Assembly (NCBI GenBank): GCA_037969415.1
Contig: JBBKXI010000166.1
Location: 1-45,822 of the forward strand
DNA from: Acidimicrobiia bacterium
GTDB taxonomy: Bacteria; Actinomycetota; Acidimicrobiia; Spongiisociales; ZC4RG35
Length of the DNA stretch: 45,822 bases
Direction: 5' to 3'
The translations under genes and the position numbers were made by a program. The notes below the pieces were generated by a model. That model made no database searches. It was not told where the DNA came from and saw only the letters and a list, made by a program, of their open reading frames with translations. Positions 36,650 through 44,303 of the stretch are shown here, piece by piece (the stretch's first letter is position 1; each line of letters begins with the position of its first letter).

Positions 36650-37336
36650 TCAATCGACTCGAATCGGCTTCCCCCACAGGGACACCAATCTGGCAACGAA
36701 GACGATGATGAATACCTGGCCTACGAATGCCTCAATCACAACTAGTCGTTTGGCCAGATCGGTCGCTGCGGTGATGTCTCCGAAGCCGACGGTCGTCAAA
36801 GTCACGAACGAAAAGTAGGTGTAGTCGCCGCTATCGACGATCCCGTTGAGGAAAGCCGGCTCCGTCAGCAGATCGGCGCCGTTGTAAATCGCTCCCATCA
36901 TGAAGGCGATGAGTGCATAGGCGGCGACCCCGCCCATCACGGTCTGCAGGCCAACCCGATCGTGCTGCACAATCCGGCTAACGATGGCGATCATGGCCGC
37001 AAGCTGAGCAATCGCCAGCAACAAGAGACGCCACCCCTGTGCATCCCCGGCGGAAAGAAAACCCAGCGAGACTGACGTCACCAGCAATACGAGAATCGCA
37101 ACTACCCCGATCCTTCGGACCTGTTTTGGCACGCCGGGTGCCCAAAGGGTGATAAGCAACAACATCAACCACAGAGCAGTATTGACCGCAGTTGCAATAC
37201 CTGATTCGTCCCACCCTGAAAGGAGATAGCCGACCAAAATCAAGAGGAGAACCATCCCATATCGTTCCCTCAGGAGAACGCCTGCTGAGCTCTCCTCGAG
37301 TCTTGTCTTGATTCTGCGTTCTGGATTGTCGCTCAC
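36650..37336 (-). CDS. Potassium channel family protein
   Basis: The selectivity filter TLTTVGFGDI is preceded by a pore helix and flanked by TM helices. The product is 228 aa with no RCK/TrkA domain. Confidence 0.85.
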   Translation of the reverse strand: MSDNPERRIKTRLEESSAGVLLRERYGMVLLLILVGYLLSGWDESGIATAVNTALWLMLLLITLWAPGVPKQVRRIGVVAILVLLVTSVSLGFLSAGDAQGWRLLLLAIAQLAAMIAIVSRIVQHDRVGLQTVMGGVAAYALIAFMMGAIYNGADLLTEPAFLNGIVDSGDYTYFSFVTLTTVGFGDITAATDLAKRLVVIEAFVGQVFIIVFVARLVSLWGKPIRVD

Positions 37337-37398
37337 AAGTTACCCATCGGTCCGCGGCCAGGACTATGCAACCATTACCGGATCGGAAAAGCGATGTT

Positions 37399-37430
37399 CA
37401 AGTCTGGTTTTCTGCGTACTGCAAGTCTGG
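37399..37430. promoter_or_regulatory. 9-nt direct repeat upstream of the K+ channel gene
   Basis: CAAGTCTGG occurs at 37399-37407 and 37422-37430, 23 nt start to start. The repeats lie 63-94 nt upstream of the channel start at 37336. Confidence 0.3.
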
Positions 37431-37481
37431 AGGTCCTGAAGCGGCCCGGGCGAGGAGAGCAGCTGTTTGGCCGACAGACCA

Positions 37482-38792
37482 CTAGGTAACCGAGGGGCTG
37501 GGCACCGAGGGTGAGCGCTGAGCGATCACGTACCGGATTCCCGCGATAGCAAGATACGAAGTCGCAACAGCGATAAGAACCGGTGCAGTCTGAAGAGTGC
37601 CGATCTGAGTTAGCAACGCCACCAGGAGAACCATGGAGAAGGGTGCAGCGACAATTGCTCCCGGTACCGCCGCAAGCATGCAGCTGAATGCCAAACCCAG
37701 TGGCACCTCGGGGAAAAACACGTTGACAATGACACCGGAAAGTCCACCTAAGAACAGGATCGGAAAGATCGGCCCACCGATGAAGCCGCTTACCGAGCTC
37801 ACCGAAAACACAACCATCTTGGCCAAAAGCGTTGCCAGAAGGAGCCAGATCCCCAATGAACCGACGTTGTCCAAGATGATGCCCAGTTGGTCGCTCCCGG
37901 TGAAAAGAGTGAGGGGCAGTGCGACACCGACCAGCCCAAATGCGAAACCGCCGATTACCGGTGTTACTAGCGCGGATTTAGGTAGACGGCCGAGCAGCTT
38001 CTTGACGACGTTGCCGATTGCGACAGCCACAACCACCACTACGGCTGCGAGCAAACCGAGACCTACGCCGGCAAGGAGCTGCCAATCCTCAAAGTCGAAC
38101 GCCGGGACGTCATAGAGCCCGAGGAACACGCTGCCCGCGATCGCGAAGTAGACGCCAAACGAGATCGATGCCGAAACAACCGTGGCAAAGAAAGCCCTGC
38201 CTCTCACCTTCCGGCTGGCCTGGGCAACCTCGAGGACAAGGGCCACCGACAACAGGGGACTCGAGAAAAGACCGCCAAACGCCCCACCAATCCCGGAAAG
38301 AGCCGCTGCTTTCTTTTCATCGGCGTCGAGCCCGGGTCGCCTGCCCAACCAGGTGCCTGCACCACCACCGATGGATCCGAGTGCTACCTCGGGACCCAAA
38401 CTGGCTCCGCCGATCAGCGAGACCGCCGACACAGCAACAAGCGCAGGAACGCTGGTGGGTTCCACCTCGGCGGCCTTGAGATTCTCGATGATCCCGGCTG
38501 GCTCCTCGGGCATATGGAAGGCCCTGCGGAGCACCCCCACCAACAGCCCAGCACTAGCCGCCACGAAAACCCACCACCATTTGCCATTGAACCAGCCGAG
38601 GCCAGTCACGCCATACCAATCCGCCCCAAGGCCTGTTAGTCCCAGGAACACAAGTCCGGCAAGCGCGCCAAGCACACCAAGTAAAACGGCATACCCCATA
38701 AGACGCCAGAAGGATCGGACCTGGGTGTAACGCGGTGAGATTCCCAGATCATCCTGATCAGCGGGGGGGCCACTCTCCTCAGGCGTCGTCAT
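37482..38792 (-). CDS. ClC-family chloride channel / H+-Cl- exchanger
   Basis: The 436-aa polytopic protein has ClC-like motifs GASLGPEVALGSIGG and GFIGGPIFPILFLGG. It has no C-terminal CBS domains. Confidence 0.85.
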   Translation of the reverse strand: MTTPEESGPPADQDDLGISPRYTQVRSFWRLMGYAVLLGVLGALAGLVFLGLTGLGADWYGVTGLGWFNGKWWWVFVAASAGLLVGVLRRAFHMPEEPAGIIENLKAAEVEPTSVPALVAVSAVSLIGGASLGPEVALGSIGGGAGTWLGRRPGLDADEKKAAALSGIGGAFGGLFSSPLLSVALVLEVAQASRKVRGRAFFATVVSASISFGVYFAIAGSVFLGLYDVPAFDFEDWQLLAGVGLGLLAAVVVVVAVAIGNVVKKLLGRLPKSALVTPVIGGFAFGLVGVALPLTLFTGSDQLGIILDNVGSLGIWLLLATLLAKMVVFSVSSVSGFIGGPIFPILFLGGLSGVIVNVFFPEVPLGLAFSCMLAAVPGAIVAAPFSMVLLVALLTQIGTLQTAPVLIAVATSYLAIAGIRYVIAQRSPSVPSPSVT

Positions 38793-38916
38793 GTTGGAAA
38801 AGACCGAAGGGGTGTATCCCGATTAAGCACGGGACAGACGGTACACCCTGTCCACCAAGGCTGCCTTGAACACGCGGTCGGATGACCATCGGCCAAACCT
38901 CTCATCAAAAGGGAGA

Positions 38917-40275
38917 TCAGCCGGCAACCACCGGAACGTTCTTCATGGCATCAGCAATCGCTTCGGCCGGATACTCGTAATCGACAAGCTCACCGTTGAA
39001 GTAGGCCTGATAGGCAGCCATGTCGAAGTGGCCGTGTCCGGAAAGATTAAAGAGGATCACTTTCTCCTCCCCTGCTTCGCGCGCCGCGATCGCCTCATTC
39101 ATCGCCGACGCCACAGCATGAGTGGGCTCAGGGCCGGGAATAATCCCTTCCACCCGGGCGAACTCGACTCCTTTGGCGAAGGTCTCGGTCTGATGGAGCG
39201 ACTCCGCCTCGACGATGCCCTCATCGACGAGCAGCGAGACCAACGGTGCCATCCCGTGATATCTGAGGCCACCGGCATGGATCGGGTCAGGAATGAAGTC
39301 GTGACCCAATGTGTGCATCTTGACCAGAGGGGTCATCCCTACTGTGTCGCCGAAGTCGAACTGATAACTCCCCCGTGTGAGTGAAGGGGCGGCGGCTGGT
39401 TCGACTGCACGAATAACCGGATCCATCTTTCCCGCTAGCTTTTCCCTGACGAAAGGAAATGCGAGACCGGCGAAATTGGAACCACCGCCAGCGCAACCGA
39501 TCACCACATCGGGAGTTTCCTCCACCAGTGCAAGTTGTTTCAGGGCTTCCTCGCCGATAACAGTCTGATGCATGAGGACATGGTTGAGGACCGACCCCAA
39601 CGAATATTTGGTGTCCTCATTGGTTGCAGCAACCTCCACCGCCTCCGAGATGGCCATTCCCAAACTCCCCGGTGTGTCCGGCGTCTCTTGCAAGATCCTC
39701 CGTCCCGTTTCGGTGCGATCGGACGGCGATGGATGGATCGTCGCTCCGTAGGTCTCGATCATGGCCTTGCGATAAGGCTTCTGGTCATAGGAGGCCCTCA
39801 CCATGAACACCTCGCATTCGATGCCGAACAAGGCACAAGCAAAGGCGACAGCTGAACCCCACTGCCCCGCTCCCGTTTCGGTGGCGATCTTCTTCACGCC
39901 TGCCTGGGCGTTGTAATAGGCCTGTGCCACCGCGGTATTCGGCTTGTGTGAGCCCACCGGGCTGACTCCTTCGTACTTGTAGTAGATGCGGGCCGGCCCA
40001 CCGATCAACTGCTCCAACCCGTGAGCGCGATACATCGGCGTCGGACGCCATTTCCGGTATACCTCTCTGATCGGTTCGGGAATCTCGATGAACCGCTCCT
40101 GGGATACCTCTTGGAGGATCAGATCCATCGGGAACAGCGGAGCGAGATCGTCAGGCCCAACTGGCTGATGGGTACCCGGATGAAGTACCGGTGGGGCGGC
40201 CACCGGGAGGTCGGGAACGATGTTGTACCAATGCGTTGGTAGTTCGGATTCGGGCAGGGTGATCTTCGTAGCCAT
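38917..40275 (-). CDS. trpB: TrpB-like PLP enzyme, tryptophan synthase beta type 2 (TrpB2)
   Basis: [13 protein letters not shown] ... [10 protein letters not shown] ... [18 protein letters not shown] ... [11 protein letters not shown]. The 452-aa length is typical of TrpB2. No trpA lies nearby. Confidence 0.9.
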   Translation of the reverse strand: MATKITLPESELPTHWYNIVPDLPVAAPPVLHPGTHQPVGPDDLAPLFPMDLILQEVSQERFIEIPEPIREVYRKWRPTPMYRAHGLEQLIGGPARIYYKYEGVSPVGSHKPNTAVAQAYYNAQAGVKKIATETGAGQWGSAVAFACALFGIECEVFMVRASYDQKPYRKAMIETYGATIHPSPSDRTETGRRILQETPDTPGSLGMAISEAVEVAATNEDTKYSLGSVLNHVLMHQTVIGEEALKQLALVEETPDVVIGCAGGGSNFAGLAFPFVREKLAGKMDPVIRAVEPAAAPSLTRGSYQFDFGDTVGMTPLVKMHTLGHDFIPDPIHAGGLRYHGMAPLVSLLVDEGIVEAESLHQTETFAKGVEFARVEGIIPGPEPTHAVASAMNEAIAAREAGEEKVILFNLSGHGHFDMAAYQAYFNGELVDYEYPAEAIADAMKNVPVVAG

Positions 40276-40447
40276 ACCGCAACGCTACACATCGGTTGAC
40301 CGGCGTGTCTTTTCGGGTTCACCCATCAGCCCTCCTCAGAGTCGGGATGTCGCGCTCACCACCTGAACTCGCAGAGCCTATGGCACGTTTTATCGACACA
40401 GAACGGTGGATCGGTGATCAATCCGGGACCATCAGTAGAGTGAGCGG

Positions 40448-41281
40448 ATGGAGCTGAGTCGGGCGATAAGTAGGCGCGCCGCCATCAAAGACATGGGTAA
40501 GGCCGGGCTGGCGATAGTCGTGTTCGGAACGGCCTGCACCAGCGAACCAGGATCGACCACTCTGGCCGGTTTGTCCAGCACTGTGCCCGTCGGCGAAACC
40601 ACCACGTCAATCGGAACCACCACAACCTCCGCCAGCCGAGAGACCAGCACGACCATGCCCGAAGGAACGCAATGGGCTCGGGTCAATCTGGGTTTCGTCT
40701 CTGCCTACATCCTCTTTCGACGTGGAGAGGCCGCACTCGTCGATACAGGCCAGTCTGGGTCGGAGGGCCACATCGAAGCAGCCCTCGTCGCTGCCGGACT
40801 GGAATGGGACGCCGTCACCAGTGTCATCCTGACCCACAAACACCCCGACCATGTCGGAAGCGTCTCGGTTGTATCTGAACTCGCCAGCAACGCCAATTTC
40901 TATGTGGGGGAAGGAGATCTGAACGCACTTGCTCCGATCTCATCCGATGAAGGTACCCAGGGCCCGGTTTCGGTCGGAGACGGTGACAACGTCTTCGGAC
41001 TCGACGTCATCGGAACTCCGGGGCATACCCCGGGGAGCATTTCGGTACTCGATCCGACCGCTGGCATTCTGGTGGTCGGAGATGCGATGAACACCCGGGG
41101 AGGTGCCCTCGCCTCTGCCTCCGCCGATCCCCAGTTCACCGAAGACGTGACCCTGGCGGATGAGTCGGTACGCAAGCTTGCCGGTTTCGACTACGACGTT
41201 GTCCTGGTCGGCCATGGCGAACCCATCCTCACGGGCGGCACCGCCGAGGTGAGCGCCCTTGCATCCGGACTTCCTGGGTAG
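40448..41281 (+). CDS. MBL-fold metallo-hydrolase, Tat-signal lipoprotein
   Basis: The twin-arginine motif SRRAAIK is followed by the lipobox FGTAC and a T/S-rich linker. The metal motif is ILTHKHPDHVGS, with TPGHTPGS downstream. Confidence 0.85.
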   Translation: MELSRAISRRAAIKDMGKAGLAIVVFGTACTSEPGSTTLAGLSSTVPVGETTTSIGTTTTSASRETSTTMPEGTQWARVNLGFVSAYILFRRGEAALVDTGQSGSEGHIEAALVAAGLEWDAVTSVILTHKHPDHVGSVSVVSELASNANFYVGEGDLNALAPISSDEGTQGPVSVGDGDNVFGLDVIGTPGHTPGSISVLDPTAGILVVGDAMNTRGGALASASADPQFTEDVTLADESVRKLAGFDYDVVLVGHGEPILTGGTAEVSALASGLPG

Positions 41282-41287
41282 ACGCGG

Positions 41288-41767
41288 TTGAACCCTTTCG
41301 GCGAGATCCTGATCGGGATTGCCATGCTGGTTGGACTTGCTGGCATCGTCTTACCGGTCCTCCCCGGCTTACTACTCATCGTCGCCGCGGTGTTCGTCTG
41401 GGCGTTCGAGGAATCATCAGCGATCGGATGGTCGGTACTCGTCCTTTCGGTCATACTGGCTGTCACCGCCATCGCGGTGAAGTACATCATTCCCGGGCGA
41501 AACCTCAAAGAGGCCGGCATCCCAACTTCGACGATGCTGGTGGCTGCGCTGGGCGCTTTCATCGGCTTTTTCGCCATCCCGATAATCGGTGCCCCAATCG
41601 GGTTCGTAGTCGGGATCTACCTGATGGAATGGCGTCGGGTGGGTCGGGACCTGGCGTGGCCGGCGACCAAGAAGTCGACCGGCCAGGTTGCGCTCTCTAT
41701 CGGCATCGAACTAACCGGCGGCCTACTTATTTTCGGTGCATGGCTAGTGGCTGCGGTAGCCACTTGA
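41288..41767 (+). CDS. DUF456-family membrane protein
   Basis: GLAGIVLPVLPGLLLIVAAVF ... a four-TM pattern typical of DUF456. The TTG start lies 7 nt after the MBL stop. Confidence 0.65.
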   Translation: MNPFGEILIGIAMLVGLAGIVLPVLPGLLLIVAAVFVWAFEESSAIGWSVLVLSVILAVTAIAVKYIIPGRNLKEAGIPTSTMLVAALGAFIGFFAIPIIGAPIGFVVGIYLMEWRRVGRDLAWPATKKSTGQVALSIGIELTGGLLIFGAWLVAAVAT

Positions 41768-41849
41768 TAGCAACCGTCCTCAATTGACCAGCCTCCAATC
41801 GGGTCGGGCCATAGGCCTCGAACCGGAGCCGATGAGTCGTATCCAGAAA

Positions 41850-43688
41850 TCAATTTGGTTCCGTACCGAGCTGTGCAAGAACTGCGGCAACGATGACGTC
41901 GGGTTTGGTTGAGACGATCGCGTCCAGGCCTGAGCCGCTTGCCACGACCGAATTGGAGTTGGTTGAAAGTGACGCATAGAACTCAAGGCCGTTTTGCCAA
42001 TACTCATCTAAGGCCTCCGCGGTTTCTCGGCCGGCCCCAACGATGAATCGATCGCTTCCGAAAACCGAACTCGAGTCCTGACCGATAATGGTCAGAGGGA
42101 TCCCACCAAGGTCGCCCAGCGCCCCGGACTCACCCACATCGAGGTCAGACCACGGCGGATGGCCCCATCCGGGAAGCAGATCGTCATAAAACATGGCGAA
42201 TCCCAACGGCATCGGGTCAACCAAGACCACTCCGGCCACGTCGGTACGCCCGTCGGCAAACAATCTGACGGAATGCGCTCCATCGCCGGCCCCGACCAGA
42301 AGGTACGGCCCGGGCAGACCACTCTCGTCCAACGCTTGTTTCAGATCGGCGGCCCGTTGCGCTGGCGTGCTCTCACCCTCGACGTAGCCATTGGCGCAGA
42401 CCACATAGCCCGACGCCGACAGTTGCGCCTGGACTACCGACCACGACCCGTAGTCGATCCAATCGAAGGGCTCCAGAAGAATGGTCGGACCGCCTTCCAC
42501 CGAACTCCCTGTACACAGAAGCCGATATGGGTAGAGGCTCCAATCATCGAACACGACGTCTCTCGACTCAACCAGGTCTTGCTCCCGCCCCAGCTTCACC
42601 AACGCACCACCCGGTTGGTAGAAGGTTGCCCAAATCTCATCGTCGACAACCGACAAGCCACCGACCTTCCCTGGTACGGCATACCTGACAGCTTCCCCCG
42701 AGTCTGGATCTACCTTGAGGAGAAGGTGATCCGTGTGCGACGTGACCCAGAGCGACCCTCCAAGCTCGACCATGTCCAATAGTCCAAATGTGTACCCACC
42801 CATGGACCGAAACTCTCCGGTTTCAGGGTCAAACCGGCTCAAGTTGGTGCCGAACGGATAGTCGCCATCCATCAGCCACAGAAATCCCCCGGCCTCGGCC
42901 ACCTTGCGAATGCCCCACCCACTCATGGTGTCAGCGCCTTCCACAGTTGGAATTACGAATTCGTCCGTCGCCCCGTCGGGCGACACACTCGAGATCAGAC
43001 CGGTATCAGGGTCATTTATCCAGAGATAACCCATACCCTGCCCTTTTACGTCGCCCCGGCGCGTTGAGAGCACCTCTCCCATGGCAGATATCTCGAACAT
43101 GTCGCCTGACTGATTGCTCACCCAGAGTCGCTCGCCAAACCACTCCGACCCACCGGGCATACCCCCGATTGGAATGACCAGATCAACGCCACCGGCCTCA
43201 GGGTCAAATCTGAGGACTTCACCATCATGGTCATAGCTACTCAGCCATAGATACGAACCGCCGACGACCACTCCCTCCACATGACCATCGATGTCATACG
43301 AGGCCTCGATTGCGCCCGATAGAGCAGATACCTTCTGCAGCTTGCCTGCAAGGGCCGACATCACCCAAATCGTTTCGCCGTCTACATCCATCGTCTGAAC
43401 CCCTCCGGCCGCCAGAGGAATCAATCGGTCGACTCCTGCCGTACCGTTCAAAGAAGCTAGGTCGGGCACCAAAAGGTTGATCGGATCGGGCTGGAACAAC
43501 CAAGGGACCACGGCAACCACCACGACGGCAAACCCAGCAGCAGCAATCGGCCAAGCTTTCCATCGACGAGAGACCGACGGTCGCATCTGTGTGGAAAGCC
43601 CTACCTTCTCGTCAACGAGAGCGCGCAACTCAACGGAGTCCACTTCCGTATTCTTTGCTGGATCGAGAGATTCAAGTAGTTCAATCAT
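41850..43688 (-). CDS. Sigma-associated single-pass membrane protein: short cytoplasmic N-terminus, 7-blade beta-propeller, alpha/beta-hydrolase-like C-domain (putative anti-sigma or sensor)
   Basis: It has an ATGA overlap with the upstream ECF sigma gene. The N-terminus MIELLESLDPAKN...LRALV resembles the sigma-adjacent CU044_5270-type proteins of Actinobacteria. The TM helix is WPIAAAGFAVVVVAVVPWLF. Seven x-(I/L)W-(V/L/I) blades occur at a period of about 40 aa. The C-domain reads GPTILLEP ... PYLLVGAGDGAHSVRLFA ... VAGVVLVDP. Confidence 0.6.
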   Translation of the reverse strand: MIELLESLDPAKNTEVDSVELRALVDEKVGLSTQMRPSVSRRWKAWPIAAAGFAVVVVAVVPWLFQPDPINLLVPDLASLNGTAGVDRLIPLAAGGVQTMDVDGETIWVMSALAGKLQKVSALSGAIEASYDIDGHVEGVVVGGSYLWLSSYDHDGEVLRFDPEAGGVDLVIPIGGMPGGSEWFGERLWVSNQSGDMFEISAMGEVLSTRRGDVKGQGMGYLWINDPDTGLISSVSPDGATDEFVIPTVEGADTMSGWGIRKVAEAGGFLWLMDGDYPFGTNLSRFDPETGEFRSMGGYTFGLLDMVELGGSLWVTSHTDHLLLKVDPDSGEAVRYAVPGKVGGLSVVDDEIWATFYQPGGALVKLGREQDLVESRDVVFDDWSLYPYRLLCTGSSVEGGPTILLEPFDWIDYGSWSVVQAQLSASGYVVCANGYVEGESTPAQRAADLKQALDESGLPGPYLLVGAGDGAHSVRLFADGRTDVAGVVLVDPMPLGFAMFYDDLLPGWGHPPWSDLDVGESGALGDLGGIPLTIIGQDSSSVFGSDRFIVGAGRETAEALDEYWQNGLEFYASLSTNSNSVVASGSGLDAIVSTKPDVIVAAVLAQLGTEPN

Positions 43689-44236
43689 GCCGAAGCCTCC
43701 TCGGGTTCGCTGGTCGCCGCCAGGCTCTCGAACTTCGACCTGAGTCGGGCTCGCGCCCGGTGAAGACGCTGGTCGACGGCGTTTTCTTTGATCTTCAGAA
43801 CATGAGCAATCTCAGTTCGAGACAATCCATCCCACACCGAAAGCCGTAGAATCTCGGCGTCGTCGTAGCCGAGGGATGAGAGGGCTTCGAGGACCCGATC
43901 TGCGGTGGGGTTGGCATCAATCACTTCATGAGGTTCCTCGATCCGTTGCACCGCGATTCGTCTCGATAGACCTGTTCTTCGACGCGCACTGCGAAACTGA
44001 TTGCCGACTACGCGGTAGGCGACACCGAAGAGCCAGGCCCGGGTCGCTTCATCTTCTGGCACGTCATCGATCCGGCGCCATGCCACCGCAAATACTTCGG
44101 CGGAAGCGTCGTCGGCATCCACTCGGCCAAGTCGCCTAATGCAGTAGCGGTAGATCGCCTGGTGGTAATCGTCGAACAGACGGTCAAACCGGTTCTGGCT
44201 AACGCTGGGTTGGACTCGATCTGATTCCGTGGACAC
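43685..44236 (-). CDS. ECF-family RNA polymerase sigma factor
   Basis: The 183-aa product starts at a GTG. Region 2 reads AIYRYCIRRLGR.DADDASAEVFAVAWRR. Region 4 reads GLSRTEIAHVLKIKENAVDQRLHRARARL. Confidence 0.88.
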   Translation of the reverse strand: MSTESDRVQPSVSQNRFDRLFDDYHQAIYRYCIRRLGRVDADDASAEVFAVAWRRIDDVPEDEATRAWLFGVAYRVVGNQFRSARRRTGLSRRIAVQRIEEPHEVIDANPTADRVLEALSSLGYDDAEILRLSVWDGLSRTEIAHVLKIKENAVDQRLHRARARLRSKFESLAATSEPEEASA

Positions 44237-44303
44237 TTTTGCCTTTCTGACATATGAGTGTCCGGGTTGGTCTCTTGGCTTACATCTCGAAGGCTTTGGT
44301 GGC

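Noticed and set aside
38793-38916. Fluoride (crcB) riboswitch upstream of the ClC gene.
   Set aside because: The RNA reads GGCCGAUGGUCAUCC, which loosely resembles the 5' part of the motif. The conserved 3' element (CUGAUGA..CCUAC type) and the pseudoknot partners are not present in the right order.
40285-40326. Classical trp attenuator leader peptide upstream of TrpB2.
   Set aside because: The 13-codon upstream ORF contains no Trp codons, and no terminator/antiterminator pair follows it. It is kept only as a possible reinitiation-type upstream ORF.
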